The position numbers and the translations under genes are program-made. A stretch of DNA of 64,000 nucleotides from a virus (taxonomy: Duplodnaviria; Caudoviricetes), in IMG/VR virus record IMGVR_UViG_3300024279_000008, positions 1,772-65,771 of that record; one strand, 5' to 3'. This document shows, piece after piece, positions 47,597 to 55,262 of the stretch (position 1 is its first letter; each line of letters begins with the position of its first letter). The notes beneath the pieces are model-generated. The model had not been told where the DNA came from, did no database searches, and worked only from the letters and a program-made list of their open reading frames with translations.

Positions 47597-47732
47597 GGAG
47601 CAGGGGTGATATGCCTTTGCTTGGTGTATGAGCCTGGGGAGCTGGGAGGAGGTAACCCAGCGCCACCCACGGGGCAGGCAGTACCGTGTAGGTTGTAATC
47701 ACGGAAGGGTTCAAGCCCCTCCTGCTCCACCA
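47597..47732 (+). ncRNA. 136-nt tRNA-like RNA (acceptor stem + T arm + CCA, non-tRNA core)
   Basis: GGAGCAG/CTGCTCC 7-bp stem, A73-CCA, GGG-TTCAAGC-CCC T arm; no canonical D or anticodon arms. Confidence 0.7.
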
Positions 47733-47769
47733 AACCGAGCCAGCCACCAACAGAATCTGGTCTGGAGAA

Positions 47770-48245
47770 ATCCAGAATCCCCTTGGTGGCGAGCTCGGGA
47801 GAGTTTGCTGATTGATATCCCAACGGGGATCTTCGGACCTGGGTTCAATTCCCAGCACCTCCACCAAGCCATCGGAGCCAATGTAGCTTCTGGCATAAGG
47901 TTTAAGAAAAGTTCATCGTGACTTGGGATAGCTTCCCAGCGCCTGACCAGGATAAAAGGCGGTTTCGGTGGCTCGGTGGGGGTGTAACGGTTTCGACGGG
48001 GACCCACCGGTAAGGTAGAGTACCAGGGGCTAGCGAAAGCCGTCTCTGCGAAGCAGCAACAGGTAGCCGACTACCTGAGAGGAGCCCACGATGCGTGGGA
48101 GCCTCGACAATAGCGGAAAACCAACAACTGCCAATTCCATTGTCAGTAAAGTAACTCGCATTTGGGAACGGATCGTCGAAGCGATCAGCCCTGCGGGTTA
48201 TAGCCCTGCGTTCGCGTAGGGACGATGGGGGCGAAAAGCCCCCTC
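47770..48245 (+). ncRNA. ssrA: circularly permuted two-piece tmRNA (acceptor piece ends 47866; coding piece starts 47978)
   Basis: 3' TLD GGAC-CTGGG-TTCAATT-CCCAG-CACCTCC-ACCA lies upstream of 5' GGGGGTGTAACGGTTTCGACGGGG; G3:U70; tag ORF 48130-48219. Outer ends approximate. Confidence 0.9.
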
Positions 48246-48298
48246 AAGTTTCGAAGGGTATGGTCGCAGCAAAGATTTTGCTCCCTCCTTCACCGGAT

Positions 48299-48400
48299 GA
48301 TACCCCCTGGCAGAGTGGTTAAATGCAGCAGACCCGTTAGGATCTGTGACCCTACTCTATCTGGGTGGGGTCCAAGGGTTCGAATCCCTTGGGGGTATCG
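48299..48400 (+). tRNA. atypical class II tRNA-like RNA with 10-nt anticodon loop; identity unassignable
   Basis: TGGCAGAGTGGTTAAATGC D arm, AAGGG-TTCGAAT-CCCTT T arm, 10-bp variable arm, 7-9 bp acceptor stem, no encoded CCA. Confidence 0.7.
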
Positions 48401-48426
48401 CAGTTTCGAAAGGAGGGCTCCAATCC

Positions 48427-48609
48427 ATGGAACCTATTTTGGTGGATCTAACGAAGAAGGAAAAAGTCCGGGAAGTGACGAAGTATTTGAATGTGTACCA
48501 ATCGGGGATGGTTTGTGTGCATAATACAGCGCAAAGCGCTGCGGGGGTGAAGCCGACGCGGGACTTGGTGGCGGCGGGTCTCCCAATCACCTTCCGATTC
48601 CCGGAGTAA
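48427..48609 (+). CDS. small paralog family member 3
   Basis: AAGGAGG RBS; TKYLNVYQSG...PITFRFPE. Confidence 0.75.
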   Translation: MEPILVDLTKKEKVREVTKYLNVYQSGMVCVHNTAQSAAGVKPTRDLVAAGLPITFRFPE

Positions 48610-48614
48610 CCCCA

Positions 48615-48896
48615 ATGCTCTACATAACCACAAACAACCAAGGCTTCCATGGTGGGCAAGAATGGCATGTAGGAGAGCCATGGCCCACCATTCGAGGCTC
48701 GGTTGTGACCTTCCAGGCTGATGGGCATGAACTCCAAGTCATGGAGGATGCAATGCGGATGTTTCTCGCATTGCCTCTCCAGATGATAGGGGGACGATAT
48801 CTCCCCAAGGGTAGGGTAGTTGTTGCCCCTGATATTCCTGGATGTCATTGCGGAGCGTTGGATATCGAAAACTGTTGTTGCCAACCAGGATGCTAA
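48615..48896 (+). CDS. hypothetical protein with Cys-rich C-terminus
   Basis: GGAG RBS; CHC..CCC..C. Confidence 0.55.
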   Translation: MLYITTNNQGFHGGQEWHVGEPWPTIRGSVVTFQADGHELQVMEDAMRMFLALPLQMIGGRYLPKGRVVVAPDIPGCHCGALDIENCCCQPGC

Positions 48897-49064
48897 AAAG
48901 GAGTCCAAAACTATGTACAACCACTCCGAGAAACACACCGAAGCAAACTGGGAAGGCGAGGGTGGGCACTGCCCCACCCAAGCATACCAAGATCCGACTG
49001 AGACCTACCCCTCCCACCTGATGTGGTGCAGGGATGAATACCCTGGAGAGGGGGAGGAGTAGTC

Positions 49065-49271
49065 ATGCAGGAAGAGACGGTTATTAAGGTTGGGGGGAAA
49101 TCTCCCAGGTCCTCTACGAAGTATTTGAATGTTTACAGGAGCGGGGTTATGTACATACACGACTCGGCAAAGGAGGCGGCGGCAGTGGCGTCCCAAGCCA
49201 CCCGTGCCGCCAGTGGATACCAGGTACCAGTCCTCATTGCCCACCCAATCACTGTAACCTGGGAGGAATAA
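49065..49271 (+). CDS. small paralog family member 4
   Basis: GGAGG RBS; TKYLNVYRSG...PITVTWEE. Confidence 0.75.
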   Translation: MQEETVIKVGGKSPRSSTKYLNVYRSGVMYIHDSAKEAAAVASQATRAASGYQVPVLIAHPITVTWEE

Positions 49272-49395
49272 TCATGATCCTCCTGGAAATCATCGCAATT
49301 GGATTTGCCCAGCATTACTTGGGCTGGGGAGAGTGGCTTTGGTGGGTGTGGGTGGTTGGGGTGGCTTGCCGACTGCTCGATTGGATAACTAACTA

Positions 49396-49623
49396 ATGCC
49401 TGAGATCTCGGAGATCACCGAACTGACTGGGTGGGTCGTGTCCCACCCTGAGGGATGGAGGGATTGGACCCCCACCGAGGCTCGAAAGAGGGTTATCGGG
49501 AAGGCCTCGGAGGTATTCCCTCTCCACACCCCCCGAGAGTACGAGCAATTGGTGGTTCAAGTCCTGGACCGGGTAGGGCAGACTCTGGCCCACTACGAAG
49601 GTAATGAAAGGTGGTTGGAATGA
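49396..49623 (+). CDS. hypothetical protein
   Basis: Protein-like ORF coupled to the next gene. Confidence 0.55.
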   Translation: MPEISEITELTGWVVSHPEGWRDWTPTEARKRVIGKASEVFPLHTPREYEQLVVQVLDRVGQTLAHYEGNERWLE

Positions 49624-49919
49624 GAAAGTTTGTTGATCCTCAGGTTGATCTCTATACCCCTGAAGGGGTATATCTGGTATCGGTGGTTCGTAGCGCCGAC
49701 GGGAAATACCGGTATGTCCAAATGTATATCGATCCTCTTGGACGTATCCAACCAGGTACCATATCGATGCTTACACCGGATTACCATAACAACAACCATA
49801 TGAACCTGAAGGTCTGTCCACATTGCAAGGGACGGTCCTCCACATGTGAGGATTGCTGTGGGTGTGGATGGGGTCCTAACCGGGGAGTGGGAGGGGGAAA
49901 TGAACGAGCAAGCAGTTAA
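49620..49919 (+). CDS. hypothetical protein with CxxC-x-G Zn motif
   Basis: CPHCKG...CEDCCGCG. Confidence 0.5.
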   Translation: MRKFVDPQVDLYTPEGVYLVSVVRSADGKYRYVQMYIDPLGRIQPGTISMLTPDYHNNNHMNLKVCPHCKGRSSTCEDCCGCGWGPNRGVGGGNERASS

Positions 49920-50076
49920 GATAGCCCAAACCTCCCACCCGGGGATTAACTGGTATGATACCTTCCAGCACCCAACCACCGGAGTTGTGATTGTCTATGG
50001 GGTGCCACCGGATAGTGGAAAATTGATTTACCTCATCCTGGTAGGTGGGGAGGAGAAGGCGTTTTGGGAGGGGTGA
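49900..50076 (+). CDS. hypothetical protein
   Basis: GGAGG RBS before ATG 49900. Confidence 0.5.
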   Translation: MNEQAVKIAQTSHPGINWYDTFQHPTTGVVIVYGVPPDSGKLIYLILVGGEEKAFWEG

Positions 50077-50142
50077 TGGTACTTTGGTACTATAAAATCC
50101 CCCTAACCTGTTGAAAAAGACCCATTGGAAGATTTTGGCAAG

Positions 50143-50255
50143 TGTCTCACAAAACCGGCAACTCTCGTTGAATCAACGAGTTACAAATTTTCCCGTGAGA
50201 CAGTTGTTGATTCTAAAGGGTGAAAGTGTCTCAAAACTGTCTCACAGGTGTCTCA
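50143..50255. repeat. iteron-like TGTCTCA repeats (4 direct, 1 inverted) plus palindrome
   Basis: Copies at 50143, 50227, 50238, 50249 and inverted at 50196; CTCGTTG-AAT-CAACGAG at 50164-50180. Confidence 0.75.
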
Positions 50256-50399
50256 CACAGGAGAAAAAACCGTGAAATCTCATGAAAAACCCCCATCCGG
50301 ACCCAGGTTCGTCTGGTCCCTGTTCCTTGCATTTCTCGGACGAGAGCTAACCCGCCCATCGACCATGGAAGGGGAAGCGGAGTTTTGGTTGGGGGTCGA

Positions 50400-51086
50400 A
50401 TGGTAACCAAAGATACAACAGCGACCCGAAAAATGATCCGGGAACGCTTAGAAGCTGGGCGGGTCGAATCGGGTCGGCATAACTGCCACCACATCGGTCT
50501 TCACTCGGTGGTAGTTGAGACCCGAGGGGATAGGTCGCTCCTGAGGATATTCTACACTACCCCAAACCACGGGATGAGGTGGTTGTTTCAGCCTGGGGAT
50601 GAGGCCTACCCTGGGTTGCATTTTGTGTTTGGAGCCCACAATCACAACAAGGCACTGGATTTCACCCTGCTTTATGGGAACGTGTATAATGTCGAGGTAG
50701 CCCTGAAGAACTACCCCTCCGGCCATCAATGGCATGGGTGGATATATCCGTTCTACCAATCGGCACTGCTGGAGGGTGGGTTTAAGCTCGGGGACCCCGA
50801 ACCAGTCGGGGGGAGTATGGTTTGGGCAGGAATAAATGGAAAACACCTGGAAACCTCTGATATTCACACCGTTGTTGTACCCTGGGCCACTCCTGGTGGG
50901 GGCTGGGTGGTAGATGAAGGGCCTCCGGAGGATGTACCGAAGGTGATATTGTCTGGAAGGCCGGACCTTAGGTTGGACCCAACTGGGATGTACCAGGAGA
51001 TGACCCCGGAGGAGTTAACCGAGGCTTGTGAAGCAATCCTGGCTGGGATGCGTGGGGAGGGGTGGAATGACACGAATCACACCTAG
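50400..51086 (+). CDS. hypothetical protein, possible cupin-like fold
   Basis: His-rich motifs NCHH.GLHS, AHNHN and DIHTV. Confidence 0.6.
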   Translation: MVTKDTTATRKMIRERLEAGRVESGRHNCHHIGLHSVVVETRGDRSLLRIFYTTPNHGMRWLFQPGDEAYPGLHFVFGAHNHNKALDFTLLYGNVYNVEVALKNYPSGHQWHGWIYPFYQSALLEGGFKLGDPEPVGGSMVWAGINGKHLETSDIHTVVVPWATPGGGWVVDEGPPEDVPKVILSGRPDLRLDPTGMYQEMTPEELTEACEAILAGMRGEGWNDTNHT

Positions 51087-51246
51087 GATGGTTTGGGTAG
51101 TAATAGCTATGGGGCTGTTGGCTTGGTTGGATTGGCGGATTATAATTACCGGGGTGATAGCAGGGTATGTAATGTTAACATTGCTTCATAACTCTTGGAC
51201 CCCATGGAAACCCACCCCTGGGGAATGGGAGGATCCACGGTTATGA
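51067..51246 (+). CDS. small membrane protein
   Basis: Two hydrophobic segments. Confidence 0.5.
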   Translation: MTRITPRMVWVVIAMGLLAWLDWRIIITGVIAGYVMLTLLHNSWTPWKPTPGEWEDPRL

Positions 51247-51494
51247 ACCGCCAAACCCAAGGGTCCACTCGGTGGAAGAACAGTCGTAGGCGACGAGCCC
51301 TCAGGGAGAGGCTCCTTCGCAGGGATGGGGCGAATTGCTGGATCTGCAATCTCCCAATGGATACCGACCCATCCCATCGGGATTGGTGGGAGGCGGACAC
51401 AATCGAGCATGTCCAGAGAGTAGCGGATGGGGGGACATGCTCGGTGGAGAACCTCCGGTTGAGTCACCGGAGATGTAATCAATTGAGGGGGTAG
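51243..51494 (+). CDS. HNH endonuclease
   Basis: CWIC...TIEHV..VADGG...NLRLSHRRCN. Confidence 0.85.
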   Translation: MNRQTQGSTRWKNSRRRRALRERLLRRDGANCWICNLPMDTDPSHRDWWEADTIEHVQRVADGGTCSVENLRLSHRRCNQLRG

Positions 51495-51755
51495 AGGGAC
51501 ATGGGGGACAAAGTGGATATTCGGGTTTTGGTCCAAGACGGGCTATGGCGGGAAGGGGACGCAGTGTTGTTCGACCCAACCCTTCCTGGGGATGATGGGG
51601 TGTGTGATGAGGGATAAAATCCTTGTGATCCTAGCGTTCTTTGGGGTTCTCGGGTTGGCAATCTGGGTTGCCCCTGCGATGTTTGGGTGGATCGCAGGTG
51701 CGTTATGTTCTGAGCTTGCACATATGGCTCGGAAGAGCACCGAAGGAGAAGGGGA

Positions 51756-52046
51756 ATGAAAGAGACCATACCCGATAAGTTTGGAAGGCAGGTTTGTGTT
51801 GGAAACCCTGGGAGATTCCCAGCAGAGCACCCCAAGGCAGTGGTGGTTTATGATCGGCCTTGGGATTTTAACTGCCCTCCCGGGCAGATCTGCCTTGGGG
51901 AGTATCGGTTGCGTTGTCCGGTTTGCGGGGCAGGGTATGTTTGTGATACCGAGGAACTCAAGAGGCATTTCAACGGGGTGAATATGGCGGCTAAGGCCCA
52001 AGAGGTGGAGAAGTATCTCCAGGGGTTGACAAAGGAGTTGAAATGA
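51756..52046 (+). CDS. hypothetical Zn-binding protein
   Basis: RCPVCG; purine-rich RBS. Confidence 0.55.
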   Translation: MKETIPDKFGRQVCVGNPGRFPAEHPKAVVVYDRPWDFNCPPGQICLGEYRLRCPVCGAGYVCDTEELKRHFNGVNMAAKAQEVEKYLQGLTKELK

Positions 52047-52702
52047 AATACGGATTTGAACGAGAGTATTGGATGGTTGGACCCGATGGACCGGTGATTC
52101 TACCTAAGGATCTGGCATCGGTTCTTACCTACGATGAATGTGGGTATCTCCTAGAGGCCCGAGGTGATCCACATTCCAACCCGATCAAAGCGGCGTGCTT
52201 CTTACTTGCTGAGGAAACGGAGCTATTCCTGAAGGCTCGAAAGAAGGGGATTATCCCTTCAACCAACCCTTCCACATACAAGCTAACTCCTGCTTTCCGA
52301 AAGGATGCTTGGAAGTTATACGGGAAAAATCCATATAATTCCCTCCAAGGAAACATCTACGGGAAGGAGTACAAACCCTCTAATCCGTGGTTCGGGGCAG
52401 GACTTCATGTGCATTTCTCCAACTCCACCGACCAAACCATATCGGTGGAAGGTCAACCTTGTAAGGAATGTGGGCATCGGCACAAGGAAACAAGGAACTA
52501 TTCATACCCTGGAACCTTGGACTTGGCAAAGATTGTCCAGATGCTGGATACAAGATTCAAACAAGAGATCACCGAAGCTAAACGCCTCCCGGGACTCTAC
52601 GAACTAAAGTCCTACGGGTTTGAGTACCGATCCCTGCCTGCATCGGTTGAACCTTTGGCTGTAGCAGAGTGGCTGAGAGAAAACCAGGAGAAGTTTGTAT
52701 GA
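52043..52702 (+). CDS. short COOH-NH2 ligase (glutamine synthetase/GCS fold) family protein
   Basis: YGFEREY, LEARG, GLHVHFS, GFEYRSLP. Confidence 0.65.
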   Translation: MKYGFEREYWMVGPDGPVILPKDLASVLTYDECGYLLEARGDPHSNPIKAACFLLAEETELFLKARKKGIIPSTNPSTYKLTPAFRKDAWKLYGKNPYNSLQGNIYGKEYKPSNPWFGAGLHVHFSNSTDQTISVEGQPCKECGHRHKETRNYSYPGTLDLAKIVQMLDTRFKQEITEAKRLPGLYELKSYGFEYRSLPASVEPLAVAEWLRENQEKFV

Positions 52703-52893
52703 CCAAACACTGGGAAGACATGACCCCCAGGGAGTTCCTCCTGGAGGTCCAACGGGCCAACCCATCCCATCTTGGGATTCGGTTGGTCCCAAACCCTTGG
52801 GATGAACTACGAGAGTTGTTAGGGTTGGATTTCAAAGCCACACCTCAGGAGATTATTGAGGTTGTAGGGGAGCTACCCGATGGTGGATACTAA
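52699..52893 (+). CDS. hypothetical protein
   Basis: ATGA coupling. Confidence 0.5.
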   Translation: MTKHWEDMTPREFLLEVQRANPSHLGIRLVPNPWDELRELLGLDFKATPQEIIEVVGELPDGGY

Positions 52894-53019
52894 ACGCCTT
52901 GATGTTCTTGCGACCCCTAACCTGTCCTGTCCGTCCTGCCAAACCGGGAAGGTCCATCCGCCTGGGGAGTACCGGCACTTTCACCCCCTTGGAGGGCATG
53001 GGCGGACCAGGGAGATTGA

Positions 53020-53304
53020 TTGGACACACCCAGATTTGAAAAAGGAGAGATAACGATGATTGATTGGGACGATATTTGGGAAGGATCTATAATCCTTCTC
53101 GTGACATGCACGATAAGCCTCGGGTTGTATGCGGTGGCTCAACCCCATAACGTGGATTACTACTATCTGAGTCAGGCCTCTGAAGGGCGGGTTTGCACCT
53201 ATGCCCATTGGACTTGGCATTTAGACGAGAAGGCGGGGTGTTTTAACACCCCTCAAGAAGCCACCGACTTTGTAGCGAAAGCAAATCAGGCGATTAAGCA
53301 CTAG
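53020..53304 (+). CDS. membrane-anchored hypothetical protein
   Basis: Hydrophobic segment followed by a disulfide-like C..C domain; likely start at 53056. Confidence 0.55.
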   Translation: MDTPRFEKGEITMIDWDDIWEGSIILLVTCTISLGLYAVAQPHNVDYYYLSQASEGRVCTYAHWTWHLDEKAGCFNTPQEATDFVAKANQAIKH

Positions 53305-53309
53305 GGACT

Positions 53310-53350
53310 GCTCGATACTCCCTTCGGGGAGTGACGAGTTTCCAAGGAGG
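53310..53350 (+). promoter_or_regulatory. conserved leader hairpin, copy 1
   Basis: GCTCGATAC-stem(UUCG)-GTGACGAGTTT followed by AAGGAGG. Confidence 0.6.
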
Positions 53351-53355
53351 TAGGG

Positions 53356-53493
53356 ATGGGATGGATAGTCTACGGAGGGCTGGTGGGGCTACTGGTTTGG
53401 TTTTGGACCGGCACCCCAGGGGCGTGGGAGACGCTCAAGGAGAGTATTCAAAGAGAGTGGGATTTGTTTAAACAAGAAGGGAGGATTAAATGA
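53356..53493 (+). CDS. small membrane protein (45 aa)
   Basis: Read manually: MGWIVYGGLVGLLVWFWTG...; AAGGAGG RBS. Confidence 0.55.
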   Translation: MGWIVYGGLVGLLVWFWTGTPGAWETLKESIQREWDLFKQEGRIK

Positions 53494-53903
53494 CCTACCA
53501 TGTAGCAGTTTATGGTTCCCTTCTCTCCGGCCTACATAACCACGACCGATGGATGGAAGGGGCAGAGCTGGTTGGGACAGGGATTGCTCCTGGGAAGATG
53601 TTCTCCCTTGGGCAGTTCCCTGGAGCGGTCTACCCGGACGATCCCTACTCTGAAGGAGCCCCTTGGATGAAAGTCGAGGTGTATGAGGTCCCGGAGAGAA
53701 CCTTCCAGGGGTTGGATCGGTTGGAGGGGCATCCACAGTTCTACAGGAGGCAGCAGGTCCTCGTGAATATGGACGACACCGATGGGGATGTAGAGTGTTG
53801 GGTGTACTATCTTCCCTCGGAGGATGGGTTGGTACAGAGGATGGGGCAGGAAGTCCCTGACGGGGATTGGAGGAAGTTCCTCCAGGGCAGGGGGCCGGAA
53901 TGA
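53490..53903 (+). CDS. gamma-glutamylcyclotransferase (GGCT/AIG2-like)
   Basis: VAVYGSL..G.HNH, VEVYEV, LDRLEGHP.FYRR. Confidence 0.9.
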   Translation: MTYHVAVYGSLLSGLHNHDRWMEGAELVGTGIAPGKMFSLGQFPGAVYPDDPYSEGAPWMKVEVYEVPERTFQGLDRLEGHPQFYRRQQVLVNMDDTDGDVECWVYYLPSEDGLVQRMGQEVPDGDWRKFLQGRGPE

Positions 53904-54118
53904 CCCGAAGGTTGCTGCTGAGGATGGCTCCGTTTTTCCTCGTGCCCCAAAAACCCGCTGACCTCCAAGCGGAGTTTAACACGCTGGCCAACGACTTCAT
54001 CGCGGACTGGAATACCCTGATGGGGATGGAAGCCCGAGGGAAGTGGGACCGGAAGCTCGCGAGGATGGTGGAGAAGGATTTTGAACGACTCACCGCCCAT
54101 GTTGGGTGGGTGAGGTAG
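53900..54118 (+). CDS. small secreted-type protein
   Basis: MTRRLLL N-terminus; ATGA coupling. Confidence 0.5.
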   Translation: MTRRLLLRMAPFFLVPQKPADLQAEFNTLANDFIADWNTLMGMEARGKWDRKLARMVEKDFERLTAHVGWVR

Positions 54119-54160
54119 GCTCGATACCCTCCAGGGGTGGAGGGTGACGAGTTTAAGGAG
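54119..54160 (+). promoter_or_regulatory. conserved leader hairpin, copy 2
   Basis: GCTCGATAC-stem-GTGACGAGTTT followed by AAGGAG. Confidence 0.6.
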
Positions 54161-54167
54161 CAAACCA

Positions 54168-54677
54168 ATGAAAATCATTGAAGGCATGAAGGAAATTAAA
54201 CGGTTGAATGTCAAACTAGCAGATCTCCAAGCCAAGGTCGGATTGTACTGTGCCGACCATGACTTTGAGCAACCCACCTACCCGGACCAGCAAGGGCAGA
54301 TCAAGGAATGGATTCAGTCCTCGGAGGATACTACCAAACGGATTCTGGCCCTCCGGATCGCAATCCAAACAACCAATCTCCAAACCCCGGTGACGATTGA
54401 GATTGCCGGACGTCAGATCACTAAGTCCATCGCAGAGTGGGTCCACCGTCGAAGAGATCTTGCGAAGATGAACCAGGCTCTCTGGCAGGCTCTCACGAAT
54501 CGAGGGTTGAAGGACGGGGTCCAAAAGACCTCCACTGGGGAGTTAAAGGATGTGAAGGTCCGGTTGTACTTCGACCCCCGAATGCGAGATCAAATGACTG
54601 CGATGTATCGGGACGAGCCCTCCATCATTGATGGGACCTTGGAGGTTGTAAATGCAGTCACCGATCTTGTGATCTAA
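54168..54677 (+). CDS. coiled-coil protein (DIP1984-like N-terminal pattern)
   Basis: MKIIEGMKEIKRL..KLADLQ..., LRIAIQTTNL, SIAEWVHRRRDL. Confidence 0.7.
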   Translation: MKIIEGMKEIKRLNVKLADLQAKVGLYCADHDFEQPTYPDQQGQIKEWIQSSEDTTKRILALRIAIQTTNLQTPVTIEIAGRQITKSIAEWVHRRRDLAKMNQALWQALTNRGLKDGVQKTSTGELKDVKVRLYFDPRMRDQMTAMYRDEPSIIDGTLEVVNAVTDLVI

Positions 54678-54680
54678 CAT

Positions 54681-54972
54681 CTTCGTTGCCGACATAGAGA
54701 GATAAAAACTGGTAAAACCCGACGCTCCCCTAGCGATATAGTGTGGCCCGCTCTGGAATATGAGCAACCAACTGATAATTGGATAAGCTTTGAACCTTAA
54801 GGTTTAAGGATCAAGACTCCAAGGATGCACAGGTTAAAATTTCGTAAGGATGGACGACCCAAGTTTGAAGGATCTAGCAGGGTTAGGTTCCCTGGAATAT
54901 CCTCCAACAGGTTAATGTTTTCGTGTTTATTCCCAGGACCCTTGGAGGCTTCCTCTATGGGCGGCGACGAGT
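54681..54972 (+). ncRNA. candidate approx. 290-nt ncRNA with AAGG/AGG motif array
   Basis: No credible ORF; basal stems TCGTTGCC/GGCGACGA and CATAGAG/CTCTATG close the element. Confidence 0.65.
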
Positions 54973-54989
54973 CAAAGGCAGGAACCTAA

Positions 54990-55262
54990 ATGACCCTCGA
55001 AGAAATCGAACAATCCCTCAAGGCCTCAGCGATGGGACCGGATGGGGAGTTTTATGAGTATCTCCATACACGGTTTGGACCAGGATACATAGAGTTTCCC
55101 ACCCTGCTGCTGATCGATACCTGGGGGGAGGTCTACCGGACCATCCGGTTAATCCAGATGGGGATCGAGGACCCAAAGGATCATCCCTCGGCGGCCTTTT
55201 TGTTGATGCTTTTTGAAGAGATGTATTATCATGGGTATACCCCAAAGGAGAAAAACCGATGA
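54990..55262 (+). CDS. hypothetical protein
   Basis: AGGA RBS; coupled to the next gene. Confidence 0.55.
   Translation: MTLEEIEQSLKASAMGPDGEFYEYLHTRFGPGYIEFPTLLLIDTWGEVYRTIRLIQMGIEDPKDHPSAAFLLMLFEEMYYHGYTPKEKNR

Noticed and set aside
47690-47705. tRNA-Thr(UGU) reading of the 136-nt RNA
   Set aside because: TGT lies in an 11-nt loop at the variable-arm position; the acceptor lacks Thr identity pairs and there is no D arm.
48299-48400. tRNA-Sec or ochre suppressor
   Set aside because: Long variable arm and extendable acceptor are suggestive, but there is no UCA anticodon, and TTA is not in a 7-nt loop after U33.
53389-54168. 259-aa - strand ORF
   Set aside because: Antisense to the GGCT gene and its neighbours; S/P/R-rich shadow composition.
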